NCBI GenBank assembly: GCA_035700525.1
Contig: DASSON010000073.1
Location: 2,266-66,265, forward strand
DNA length: 64,000 nt
Direction: 5' to 3'
Origin: Burkholderiales bacterium
GTDB taxonomy: Bacteria > Pseudomonadota > Gammaproteobacteria > Burkholderiales > JBDZVW01
In this document: one piece after another, positions 32,601-41,727 of the stretch
Position numbering within the stretch: the first letter of the stretch is position 1
Layout of the letters: every line of letters starts with the position of its first letter
Position numbers and translations under genes: made by a program
The notes under the pieces: model-generated
Told to the model about the DNA's origin: nothing
The model's database searches: none
The model's input: the letters and a program-made list of their open reading frames with translations, nothing else

Positions 32601-32760
32601 GCGCCACGCCATCGGCACCGGTGTGATCGGCGGCATGCTGTTCGCGACGATTTTCGGGTTGCTGCTGATCCCCGTGTTTTACGTGATTGTGCGGCGGATC
32701 GTTGGCGACAAGCTCGATCGGGCCGGAGCGACGGAAGAAAAGCCGCCGACGAAGGTGTAA
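29611..32760 (+). CDS. HAE1-type RND multidrug efflux permease (AcrB/MexB-like)
   Basis: [23 protein letters not shown] N-terminus; 1049 aa. No OMP gene in this operon. Confidence 0.95.
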   Translation: [1049 protein letters not shown]

Positions 32761-32845
32761 TGGCTCTGCCGGCCGATTGATTTGCGAGACTCTGCGTCTA
32801 TTGGCATCCGCTTGAAAGGCTGAGGCCATCCCTGAATGACATGGG

Positions 32846-33170
32846 TTGCCTTGGGCTTCTCGAATGCGGTTGTTGAGAATCCTTCAGCAGCGAGAAGTTA
32901 CGCGACGCGGGACAACAGTCGTCAGAAAAACCGGGCTGCGTATCGTCGCTGCCACCAACCGCGTGTTACCTCTCGGAGTCCGAAACGGTCGATTTCGTGA
33001 AGATCTTTTTCATCGACCCGCGGCAGGCGTCCCGGTATTGTATTACCGCCTTTGCGACAACGGGAGCGGGCGATTGATGCGATGGGGTGCGACGGCGTGA
33101 ACCAGGAAAGGGGCGCCACTTCGTGGCACCCCGCCTCGCTTGACGCTACTTCGGATCATCCACCCGCCAA
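32846..33170 (+). pseudogene. internal fragment of a sigma54-dependent (NtrC-family) activator AAA+ domain, frameshifted
   Basis: ORF 32846..33100 reads RLLRILQQREVTRRG...LRIVAATNRVL...GRFREDLFHR, which is the conserved sensor region. The next conserved block, VLPPLRQRERAIDAM, appears in another frame. No Walker A/B and no C-terminal HTH are present. Confidence 0.6.
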
Positions 33171-36100
33171 TCAGGTCGTGACCGGCCCGGTTTCGGCTTC
33201 GCCTTCCGGCTCGATTTCCTCGGCGAGGAACAGGTACATCGTCGGCACCACGAACAGCGTGAACAACGTGCCGATGCCGATGCCGGTCGCGATCACCAGG
33301 CCCATGTCGAAACGTCCGACGGCGCCGGCGCCGCTGGCGGTGATCAGCGGCAGCACGCCCAGTACCATCGCCGCCGTGGTCATCAGGATCGGCCGCAGCC
33401 GGATGCCGGCCGCTTCCTCGATCGCTTCGCGCTTGGCCTTGCCCGCGCGCTGCAGGTCGTTCGCGAACTGTACGATCAGGATGCCGTGCTTGCTGATCAG
33501 TCCGATCAGCGTCACCAGTCCGACCTCGGTATAGATGTTGAGCGAAGACAACCCGAGACTGATGAAGATCATCGCGCCGCAGATCGACATCGGCACGCTG
33601 ATCAGCACGATCAGCGGATCACGGAAACTCTCGAACAGCGCCGCCAGCACCAGGAAAATGATGATGATCGAGAAGAAGAACGTCACCAGCAGCGCGCTGC
33701 TTTCCTGCACGTACTGGCGCGACTGCCCGGCGTAGTCGATGGTGTAGCCCGGCGGCATCACCTCCTTCGCCTGCTGTCCGAGCCAGGTGAGCGCCTGGCC
33801 GGTGGTGATGCCGGGCCGGGTCACCGCCGAAATCGTCGCCGCGTTGAGCTGCTGGAAGTGGTTGAGCGTTTCCGGCACGACGGTGGTCTTGAGCGACGCC
33901 ACCGTGGACAGCGGCACCATCGCGCCGCTGCCGGTACGGATGTAGTAGTTTTCCAGTTGCGCGGCGTTGAGGCGGTGACGCTGCTGCACCTGTGGAATGA
34001 CCTTGTAGCTGCGCCCCGAGATGCTGAAGAAGTTGACGTAACCGCCGCCCAGCATCGCGCCCAGGTCCTGGCCGATGTCGCTCATCGTCAGCCCGAGATC
34101 GGCCGCCTTGTTGCGGTCGATGACGATCGTCGTCTGCGGCTTGTCGTACTTCAGATCGTTGTCGACGAAGAAGAACATGCCGCTGGCCTCGGCGCGTTTC
34201 ACCAGCTCCTGCGACACATCGTAGAGGCGCAGGAACGGCTCGGTGGTGCCGAGCACGAACTGCACCGGAAAACCGCGCGCACCGGGCAGCGGCGGAAACG
34301 GAAAGGCCGCCGCCTTCAACCCCGTGATGTCGTTGAGTTCCTTCTGAATGATCGGCTGCACCTGCATCTGGGTGCGGCTGCGCTGGTCCCACGGCTTGAG
34401 CACGATGCCGGCGATCACCGTGTTGAGCCCCTGGTAGCCGTTGATCATGAACAGGTGCGCGTGCTCCGGCAGATTCTTGTAGATGTTGATGATCTGATTC
34501 GAGTAGAGCTCCGTCTGCTGCAGCGTGGCGTTCGGCGCGGCGGTGCCGTTGATCAGCACCACGCCCTGGTCTTCGTCCGGCGCCAGCTCCTTCTTCGATG
34601 TCGCGTACAGGAAATAGATGCTGACCAGCACGATCAGCGCGAACACGGCGGTGACCAGGCGATAATCGAGCACCCCTTTCAGCACGTGCACGTAGCGCAG
34701 CCGCACGCGCTCGAACAACTGGTCGAGGAAGTGCACCAGCCGCTGCTTGCCGCTGTCCTGCTTCAGGAACTTCGAGCACATCATCGGCGACAGCGTCAGC
34801 GCCATGATCGCGGACACCACCACCGCCGCCACCAGCGTGAATGCGAACTCGGTGAACAGCGCACCGGTCAGTCCGCCCATGAAACCGATCGGCAGATAGA
34901 CCGCGATCAGCACGATGGTCATCGCGATGATCGGACTGCCGAGCTCGCGCGCACCAGCCAGCGCCGCCTCGAACGGCGAACTGCCCAGTTCCATGTGGCG
35001 GTGAACGTTCTCCACGACGATGATCGCGTCGTCCACCACCAGCCCGATCGCCAGCACCAGCGCCAGCAGCGTCAGCAGATTGATCGAGTAGCCCAGCACC
35101 AGCATGAACAGAAACGCGCCGATCAGCGACAGCGGCATCGCGATGATCGGAATCAGTGTCGATCGTATCGATCCCAGGAACAGGAAGATGACGATGGTGA
35201 CGATCACCAGCGCCTCGATCAGCGTCTGCAGCACCTCGTGGATCGAGCTGTTGATGTAGTCCGTCGAGTCATAGACGATTTTCGCCTGCAGCCCCTGCGG
35301 CAACTGACTCTGGATCTGTGGAAACACGTGGCGCACGCGGTCGATCACCGTCAGCAGATTGGCGGCCGGCGCCACCTTGATGCCGATGAACACCGCATGC
35401 AGCCCGTCGAATACCACCGACGTGTTGTAGTCTTCCGCGCCCAGCGTGATGTGCGCGACATCGCCGAGACGCACGATGGCCCCGTTCTGCGACTTGACGA
35501 TCAGTTTCTTGAACTCGTCCACCGAATGCACGCCGGTCGACGCGATCAGGTCGACGGTCACCATCTGGCCTTCGGTGCGTCCGACCGCCGAGATGAAATC
35601 ATTCGCCGCCAGCACCTGGCGCACCTGCGCCGCCGACACGCCGTACGCCGCCATCTTGTCCGGCTCCAGCCAGACGCGCATCGCGAACTGGCGGCCGCCA
35701 AGAATTTCAGCCTGCTGCACGCCGTCGACCGTCGACAGTTTCGGCTGCACCACGCGCAGCAGATAATCGGTGACCTTGTTCGACGGCAGCGTATCGCTGT
35801 AGAACGCCATGTACATCGCGTCCGTGGTCTGGCCGATCGACAGCTTGATGGTCGGCTTCAGCGCATCCGGCGGCAACTGGTTGAGCACCGAATTGACCTG
35901 GGCGCTGATCTCGGTCATCGCCTTGTTGGCGTCATAGTTGAGCCGCAGGTTGGCGGTGATCGTCGACAGGCCCTGCGTGCTCGACGACTGCAGGTAATCG
36001 ATGCCGTTCGCCTGCGCGATCGCGTTTTCCAGCGGCGTGGTGATGAAGCCGGCGACGAGATCAGGGCTGGCGCCGGTGTAGATAGTGGTGACCGTGATGA

Positions 36101-36230
36101 CAGCGTTCTCGGTCTTCGGATACTGGGTCACCGGCAGCAGGTTCAATGACCGCAGGCCGAGCACCAGGATCAGCAGACTGATGACGGTCGCCAGTACCGG
36201 CCGCTTGACGAAGATGTCGGTAAATTTCAC
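33171..36230 (-). CDS. RND multidrug efflux permease (MdtB/MdtC-like)
   Basis: MKFTDIFVKRPVLATVISLLILVLG N-terminus; 1019 aa, 12-TM RND architecture. Confidence 0.95.
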   Translation of the reverse strand: MKFTDIFVKRPVLATVISLLILVLGLRSLNLLPVTQYPKTENAVITVTTIYTGASPDLVAGFITTPLENAIAQANGIDYLQSSSTQGLSTITANLRLNYDANKAMTEISAQVNSVLNQLPPDALKPTIKLSIGQTTDAMYMAFYSDTLPSNKVTDYLLRVVQPKLSTVDGVQQAEILGGRQFAMRVWLEPDKMAAYGVSAAQVRQVLAANDFISAVGRTEGQMVTVDLIASTGVHSVDEFKKLIVKSQNGAIVRLGDVAHITLGAEDYNTSVVFDGLHAVFIGIKVAPAANLLTVIDRVRHVFPQIQSQLPQGLQAKIVYDSTDYINSSIHEVLQTLIEALVIVTIVIFLFLGSIRSTLIPIIAMPLSLIGAFLFMLVLGYSINLLTLLALVLAIGLVVDDAIIVVENVHRHMELGSSPFEAALAGARELGSPIIAMTIVLIAVYLPIGFMGGLTGALFTEFAFTLVAAVVVSAIMALTLSPMMCSKFLKQDSGKQRLVHFLDQLFERVRLRYVHVLKGVLDYRLVTAVFALIVLVSIYFLYATSKKELAPDEDQGVVLINGTAAPNATLQQTELYSNQIINIYKNLPEHAHLFMINGYQGLNTVIAGIVLKPWDQRSRTQMQVQPIIQKELNDITGLKAAAFPFPPLPGARGFPVQFVLGTTEPFLRLYDVSQELVKRAEASGMFFFVDNDLKYDKPQTTIVIDRNKAADLGLTMSDIGQDLGAMLGGGYVNFFSISGRSYKVIPQVQQRHRLNAAQLENYYIRTGSGAMVPLSTVASLKTTVVPETLNHFQQLNAATISAVTRPGITTGQALTWLGQQAKEVMPPGYTIDYAGQSRQYVQESSALLVTFFFSIIIIFLVLAALFESFRDPLIVLISVPMSICGAMIFISLGLSSLNIYTEVGLVTLIGLISKHGILIVQFANDLQRAGKAKREAIEEAAGIRLRPILMTTAAMVLGVLPLITASGAGAVGRFDMGLVIATGIGIGTLFTLFVVPTMYLFLAEEIEPEGEAETGPVTT

Positions 36231-36237
36231 GATGAAC

Positions 36238-37371
36238 CTATGATTTGTCGGCAGGCATCGGCGCCGGATTGTTCGTCGGCTGCACCCTGTTGTTGATCGT
36301 CACCGGGCTGCCGTTGCGGAGTTTGATCTGGCCGCTGGTGACGACCTGTTCACCGGCCTTGACGCCTTTTTCGATGGCGACCTGGTCGCCGCGCGTCTCG
36401 CCGGTCGTCACGAAGCGCTGTTGTGCGATCAGTTGCGGATGGCCTTTGCCATCCTTGCCCTTGTCCTCGATCACGTAGACCGTGTCCCCATACGGATTGT
36501 AGGTGACCGCGGTCTGCGGCAGCGTGACGACATTCTGTTGCTGCGGCAGCTCCACCGCGACGGTGCCGAACATTCCCGGCGCGAGCTTGTGCTCGGCATT
36601 GGCGAGTTTGGCCTCGACCGCGAAATTACGAGTGGCAGGATCGATCTTCGGATTGATCGCGGTGATCGTGCCGCCGAATTTGACGTTCGGATAGGCATTG
36701 GTGGTCAGCGTGATCGGCTGGCCGACACGGGTCTTGCTCAGATCCTGCTGCGGCAGCGAGAAATCGGCGTAGAGCGGATCCAGTGCCTGCAGCGTGACGA
36801 TGTTGGCGCCCGCGGCAACGTATTGCCCGACATCGACCTGGCGAATGCCGAGCCGGCCCGAAAACGGCGCGCGTATGGTCTTCTTCGCCACCAGCGCCGC
36901 CTGCTGATCCGCCTGCGCCCGCGCGTTGTCGAGCTGGCTGCGATCGGTGTCAACCTGCGCCTGCGATGCGATGCGGCGCGCCAGCAGGCCGCGGTCGCGA
37001 TCATAATTGATCTGCGCCAGCTTGACCTGTGCCTGCAGGCCGCGCAGCTTCGCCCTGTCGGCATCCGCTTCGAGCTGCACCAGCACCGTTCCCGCCTTGA
37101 CCGCGTCGCCGGACTTGAAGTCGATCTGCTTGACGATGCCGGCCACTTCGGTCGTGACATCGACCCCTTGCACCGCGCGCAAACTCGCCACCGAGTGCAG
37201 TTCCGGGCTCCATGTCGCCACCGTTGCCTTTTGGGCGGTCACCGCTTGCGACGGGATCGGCATGCTCGCCATGTACTTGGCGATCATGTGCGACTTGAAC
37301 AGATCCCATCCGAAAATGCCGCCGAACACGATCGCCACCGCGATCAACATGATGATCATGCGTTTTGCCAT
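36238..37371 (-). CDS. RND efflux periplasmic adaptor (MFP)
   Basis: N-terminal anchor MAKRMIIMLIAVAIVFGG, then HlyD-type lipoyl and barrel motifs. Start trimmed to the ATG at 37371. Confidence 0.9.
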   Translation of the reverse strand: MAKRMIIMLIAVAIVFGGIFGWDLFKSHMIAKYMASMPIPSQAVTAQKATVATWSPELHSVASLRAVQGVDVTTEVAGIVKQIDFKSGDAVKAGTVLVQLEADADRAKLRGLQAQVKLAQINYDRDRGLLARRIASQAQVDTDRSQLDNARAQADQQAALVAKKTIRAPFSGRLGIRQVDVGQYVAAGANIVTLQALDPLYADFSLPQQDLSKTRVGQPITLTTNAYPNVKFGGTITAINPKIDPATRNFAVEAKLANAEHKLAPGMFGTVAVELPQQQNVVTLPQTAVTYNPYGDTVYVIEDKGKDGKGHPQLIAQQRFVTTGETRGDQVAIEKGVKAGEQVVTSGQIKLRNGSPVTINNRVQPTNNPAPMPADKS

Positions 37372-37399
37372 AACCGACTCTTTTTGTGTATGTCCCGAT

Positions 37400-38998
37400 T
37401 TATTGATGCACGGATGAATTTGAAGCCGCGGTGGCGGAAACGGGTGTCGCAGCCGCCGTACCGCCGGCAGCGCTCCACCAGCCGCCGCCCAGCGCCTGGA
37501 ACAGCGCGGCGGTGTCCTGGTAACGCGTGCCGAGTGCCTCGACATAGCCGATCCGCGCCTGCTGGTACTGGCGTTCCGCCAGCAGGATCGCGAGATAGCT
37601 CGAGGCGCCGGCCTTGTACTGCTCGCGGGAAAGCGCGAGACTTTCACCGGAGGCCTTCATTGCCTGCGATTGCGCCGACAGTGCCTGCGCGTCATGCTCG
37701 AGCGCGCGCAGCACGTCGGCAACCTGCTGAAACGCGGTCAGTACCGTCTGCTTGTAATTCGCCGCCGTCTGTTCATAAGCGGCGACCGCCGCGCGTTTCT
37801 TCGCGCGCAGCGTGCCGCCCTGAAAGATCGGCGCCATCAGATTGGCGCCCAGATTCCAGATCGCTCCGCCGGGACCAAACAGATCGTTCACCTTGTTGGC
37901 GGCCTGTCCGTACGATCCGGAAATGCTGATGTTCGGATAAAGCGCCGCGGTCGCCACGCCGACCTGCGCACTGGCCGCGTGCAATGCACTTTCCGACGCG
38001 CGAATGTCGGGCCGTTGCCGCACCAGTTCGGAAGGCAGTGTCAGCGGCAGCTTCTGCGGCAGCGTCAATGCGCCAATGTCGAAATCGGCCATCTTCAATT
38101 CGGCCGGAAACTGGCCGGTCAGCGTCGCCAGTGCGTGCCGGGTCTGCGACACGCGCTGCTCCAGCGGCGGCAATGTCGCACGGGTCAGCGCCAGTTGTGA
38201 TTGCGCACTCAGCACGTCGGCATAGGCGGCGGCACCGAGTGCGACCTGCTGCTTGACCAGCTTCACCTGTTCCGCCTCGGCGGAAATGATTTCACGCGTT
38301 GCCGCAATCTGTGCCCGCAGCGCCGCCTCGTTGATCGCCGCGGTGACCACATTCGATGCCAGCGTCAGATAGGTTGCCTGCAATTCATAGCGCTGGAAAT
38401 CGACCTGTGCCTGCAGCCCTTCCAGCGTGCGCCGCGTGCCGCCGAAAACGTCGAAGTCGTAAGCGACGTTGACCGACGCGGTATAAAGATTGAAGACACC
38501 GCCCAGCCCGCCGGCGCCGCCGCCGAATGTGGCGCCGTTGACCTTTTCGCGCGCGGCCGACGCTCCAACATTCAGCGACGGATAGAGCGCGCCGGAACCG
38601 GCCTTGAAGTTTTCCTCCGATTCGCGCAACGCCGCCTGCGCCGCAGTGACCGTCGGACTGTCCTTGAACGCGCGCTCGATCAGCCCGTTGAGCTCGGACG
38701 AATGGAACAGCGCCCACCACTGCTGCGGGATTTTCTGCACCTGCGTGAACGTCTGGGCCTTGCCACCGTGGCCCGGCGTGGCGCGCGTGGTGTCGGCAAT
38801 CGGCTGGTGCGTATATTGCGTGACATCCGGCGCCGCCGGCTGCCTGAAATCCGGACCAACGGCGCAGCCACCGAATACCGCCGTGGCCACGGACAGCACG
38901 ATGCCGGCTGCGGCGCGGCGCCTGGAAAAGGGAGTGTCTTGCGTCAAACCGAAGGTTTTCTGTTTGCGGTTCACCGAAGCTCCGATCTGAAAGTTCAT
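37400..38998 (-). CDS. NodT-family outer-membrane efflux lipoprotein
   Basis: Lipobox VFGG-C and duplicated TolC-type repeats. The ATG at 38998 overlaps the TetR stop as ATGA. Confidence 0.9.
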   Translation of the reverse strand: MNFQIGASVNRKQKTFGLTQDTPFSRRRAAAGIVLSVATAVFGGCAVGPDFRQPAAPDVTQYTHQPIADTTRATPGHGGKAQTFTQVQKIPQQWWALFHSSELNGLIERAFKDSPTVTAAQAALRESEENFKAGSGALYPSLNVGASAAREKVNGATFGGGAGGLGGVFNLYTASVNVAYDFDVFGGTRRTLEGLQAQVDFQRYELQATYLTLASNVVTAAINEAALRAQIAATREIISAEAEQVKLVKQQVALGAAAYADVLSAQSQLALTRATLPPLEQRVSQTRHALATLTGQFPAELKMADFDIGALTLPQKLPLTLPSELVRQRPDIRASESALHAASAQVGVATAALYPNISISGSYGQAANKVNDLFGPGGAIWNLGANLMAPIFQGGTLRAKKRAAVAAYEQTAANYKQTVLTAFQQVADVLRALEHDAQALSAQSQAMKASGESLALSREQYKAGASSYLAILLAERQYQQARIGYVEALGTRYQDTAALFQALGGGWWSAAGGTAAATPVSATAASNSSVHQ

Positions 38999-39699
38999 CC
39001 GCGCACCACGGAACGACGTGCGGACGCACTGTTTTTCGTGCCTGCCGCGGCTTTTTTGCAGGCGGCGATCCCGTTGACCAGCACGTCGCAGCACTGGCTG
39101 GCATAGCGCTCCGGATTGTCGGTGAAGCGGACTTCCGGCAGATAACGGATCACGTCACGCCACAGAAAGAATGTGACGTTCGCCGACAGCAGCATGCCGG
39201 CGACGATCGCCGGATCGAGATTTTTCCGCACGTCGCCGCAGCGCTGGCTTTCGCGCACGTGTTCGACCAGCTGCGAAAAATTGCGGCCGAATACGCGCTC
39301 GGCCAACTGATGGCCACGGCGCTGCCCGTTGTCCAGCACTTCACGCATCACCAGCCGCGTGCGGCGCTCGTCCTCGAACAGGGTTTCCATGTGCCCACGC
39401 GAAAAGCGGGTCAGCCGCGCCCCGAGCCGGCCGCGCCCCGCAAAACCGGCCTCGACCAGCGGGCCGAAGTTCGAGCACGCGCCGCGCAGCACTTCGATAT
39501 AGAGCGCTTCCTTGGAACTGAAGTGATGGAAGATATTGGCCTTGCTGACCCCGGCGCGCGCGGCGATCGCGTTCATCGACACCGCATCATAGCCACGCGT
39601 CGAAAACAGCTGGCGCGCGGCGAAAAGTATCTTCTGTTCACGCGAACCCTGCCGCGGGCTCTTGCTTTTGGTTTTTTCGGTCACGTTCCGGGGACGCAA
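38995..39699 (-). CDS. TetR-family transcriptional repressor
   Basis: HTH AARQLFSTRGYDAVSMNAIAARAGVSKANIFHHFSSKEALY. Start uncertain (TTG at 39699 or GTG at 39684). Confidence 0.9.
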   Translation of the reverse strand: MRPRNVTEKTKSKSPRQGSREQKILFAARQLFSTRGYDAVSMNAIAARAGVSKANIFHHFSSKEALYIEVLRGACSNFGPLVEAGFAGRGRLGARLTRFSRGHMETLFEDERRTRLVMREVLDNGQRRGHQLAERVFGRNFSQLVEHVRESQRCGDVRKNLDPAIVAGMLLSANVTFFLWRDVIRYLPEVRFTDNPERYASQCCDVLVNGIAACKKAAAGTKNSASARRSVVRG

Positions 39700-39815
39700 G
39701 GCGATATAAAAACCGACCGGTCGGTCGGTAAACGCGGCATTCTACGCGCGCTTGCAACCGTTGCCAAGAGAATATTTATTCCGGAATCCGGCAGCGGGAA
39801 CACGAGTCCGCGAAA

Positions 39816-40178
39816 TCAGGTGATGGAATGTATCGCGTAGAACGCGGCGCCCAATGCGCCAATGCCGACACAGATCGCCGTCAGCGCCAATACCTGCGCG
39901 GCTTTCAGCCGACGGTCAATGCGCTCACCCTGCGCCTGCAGGTCGAGCGCCAGTTTACGTACCTGTTCCGCGACTTCGGCAATCAGCCGGGAATTCTGCG
40001 CACAGGATTCCTGCAATGTGACAGCCATTGCATCGGCATCATCGGCAGCGCTGCGTCCGCCCTGGGCGGGCTGGCCCGCGGTCTGGTTTCTGACCGCCTG
40101 CCACATCGCGAACATGTCGCCGGCGGTGGTGATGACGGATGACAGCGCCTTGATGACAGGAATGACCTGGATCGCCAT
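39816..40178 (-). CDS. hypothetical tail-anchored coiled-coil protein
   Basis: 120 aa; central helical region and a single C-terminal TM segment (VLALTAICVGIGALGAAFYAI). Confidence 0.45.
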   Translation of the reverse strand: MAIQVIPVIKALSSVITTAGDMFAMWQAVRNQTAGQPAQGGRSAADDADAMAVTLQESCAQNSRLIAEVAEQVRKLALDLQAQGERIDRRLKAAQVLALTAICVGIGALGAAFYAIHSIT

Positions 40179-40442
40179 GGTTTCCTTCCTTTTCGTGAAT
40201 CGCCCACTCTGCGGTTGCGGATATGTTTATGCTATAGTTCGCGCAGCGGCCGTGCCCGGCTCATCGGCCCTGCGCTGAATTCGTTCACTGAACAGCGCTG
40301 TCACGATGTAAAAAAGAAACTGCCGCAATGGAACGGAAATCATCACCGATATCACTTCAAACCGTTCATCGAGGATGTGTCCCGCGCCAACGACATCCCG
40401 TTTTCCATTCTCCCATTTGACAACGATATTCGATTAAATGCC

Positions 40443-41657
40443 ATGAGCGATACTGTTGAGCGGATGCTTCGCGAGTACGGAAAAAATACCGATGTCTGCT
40501 TCCGCGTCGTGACCCGCAACGGACGCGCCTATCAGAACCGGGATGGCGACCCGCACGTCACAGTGATCTTCAAGAACCGCCAGGCCGAAACCCGGGTCGC
40601 GCTGTTCGGACACATCGGGATGCTCGAATCCTATTTCGACCAGTCGCTCGACATCGAGGGTGATTTGCGGATGTTGTTTCGCGCCGGCATGGATACCGGC
40701 TTCGACGACCGGCCCAATCCACTGATTGCGATTCGCAATCGCTGGCACGAATTCCGCTTCAGCAACCGCACCGTCGCACAGGCCAAGGCCAACGCCGAAT
40801 TCCATTATAACGTCGGCACCGAGTTCTACCGCTACTGGCTCGACAACCCGTACATGATGTACACCTGCGCCTACTGGAAGGAAGGCACCGAAACACTGGA
40901 GCAGGCGCAGCAGAACAAGATCGAGCATGTCTGCCGCAAGCTGCGGCTGCAGCCGGGCGATGATGTGGTCGATCTCGGCTGCGGCTGGGGTGGATTCCTG
41001 TTCTATGCGAACGAGCGCTACGGCACCGTCGGCACCGGTATCAACACTGCGACCGAGCAGGTCGTGAACATGCAGAAAGAAATCGAGCGCCGCAAGCTGC
41101 AGGACAAGATCAAAGTGGTCGAAGCCGATTACCGTGAAGTGTCCGGCCAGTTCGACAAGGTGTGCTCGATCGGTTCACTGGAGCATGCCGGCCGCGACCA
41201 GCTCGACGAGGTGGTGAAGGCACACGCCGACTGGCTCAAGCCCGGCGGCATCGGGCTGCTGCACTTCATCGGCCACGTCAATCATTATCAGACCGAGTTC
41301 TACATCCGCAAGCACATTTTCCCGGGCGGCTGGATCCCGAGTCTGTCGCAGACGATCAACGCGATGGAGCGCGCCGGCCTCGAGATTCTCGACATCGAAA
41401 ACCTGCGCCGCCACTACGCGCTCACCCTTGACTGCTGGGCGGAACGCTTCGATCGCCAATGGGAAAAAATCCGCGAACTCAATCCGAAGGTGTTCACCGA
41501 ACATTTCCGCCGCAACTGGCGCACCTACCTGCTTTCCTGCGCGGAAATGTTTCGTTCGAAAAACGGCCGCACCAACCTGTTCCAGATCGCATTCAGCAAG
41601 GGCAACACCGGCTATGATTACCCAATGAGCCGCGCCCATCTCTATCGACAGGGGTGA
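40443..41657 (+). CDS. cyclopropane-fatty-acyl-phospholipid synthase-family SAM methyltransferase
   Basis: AHYNVGTEFYRYWLD...MMYTCAYW...VVDLGCGWGGF...SIGSLEHAG motifs. Start trimmed to the ATG at 40443. Confidence 0.85.
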   Translation: MSDTVERMLREYGKNTDVCFRVVTRNGRAYQNRDGDPHVTVIFKNRQAETRVALFGHIGMLESYFDQSLDIEGDLRMLFRAGMDTGFDDRPNPLIAIRNRWHEFRFSNRTVAQAKANAEFHYNVGTEFYRYWLDNPYMMYTCAYWKEGTETLEQAQQNKIEHVCRKLRLQPGDDVVDLGCGWGGFLFYANERYGTVGTGINTATEQVVNMQKEIERRKLQDKIKVVEADYREVSGQFDKVCSIGSLEHAGRDQLDEVVKAHADWLKPGGIGLLHFIGHVNHYQTEFYIRKHIFPGGWIPSLSQTINAMERAGLEILDIENLRRHYALTLDCWAERFDRQWEKIRELNPKVFTEHFRRNWRTYLLSCAEMFRSKNGRTNLFQIAFSKGNTGYDYPMSRAHLYRQG

Positions 41658-41727
41658 ACGGGACGATACCAACGCAAGTCGGGCGGGCGCAGAGCGCGTA
41701 ACCCGACGCGGCCACCCGCCGCATGCC

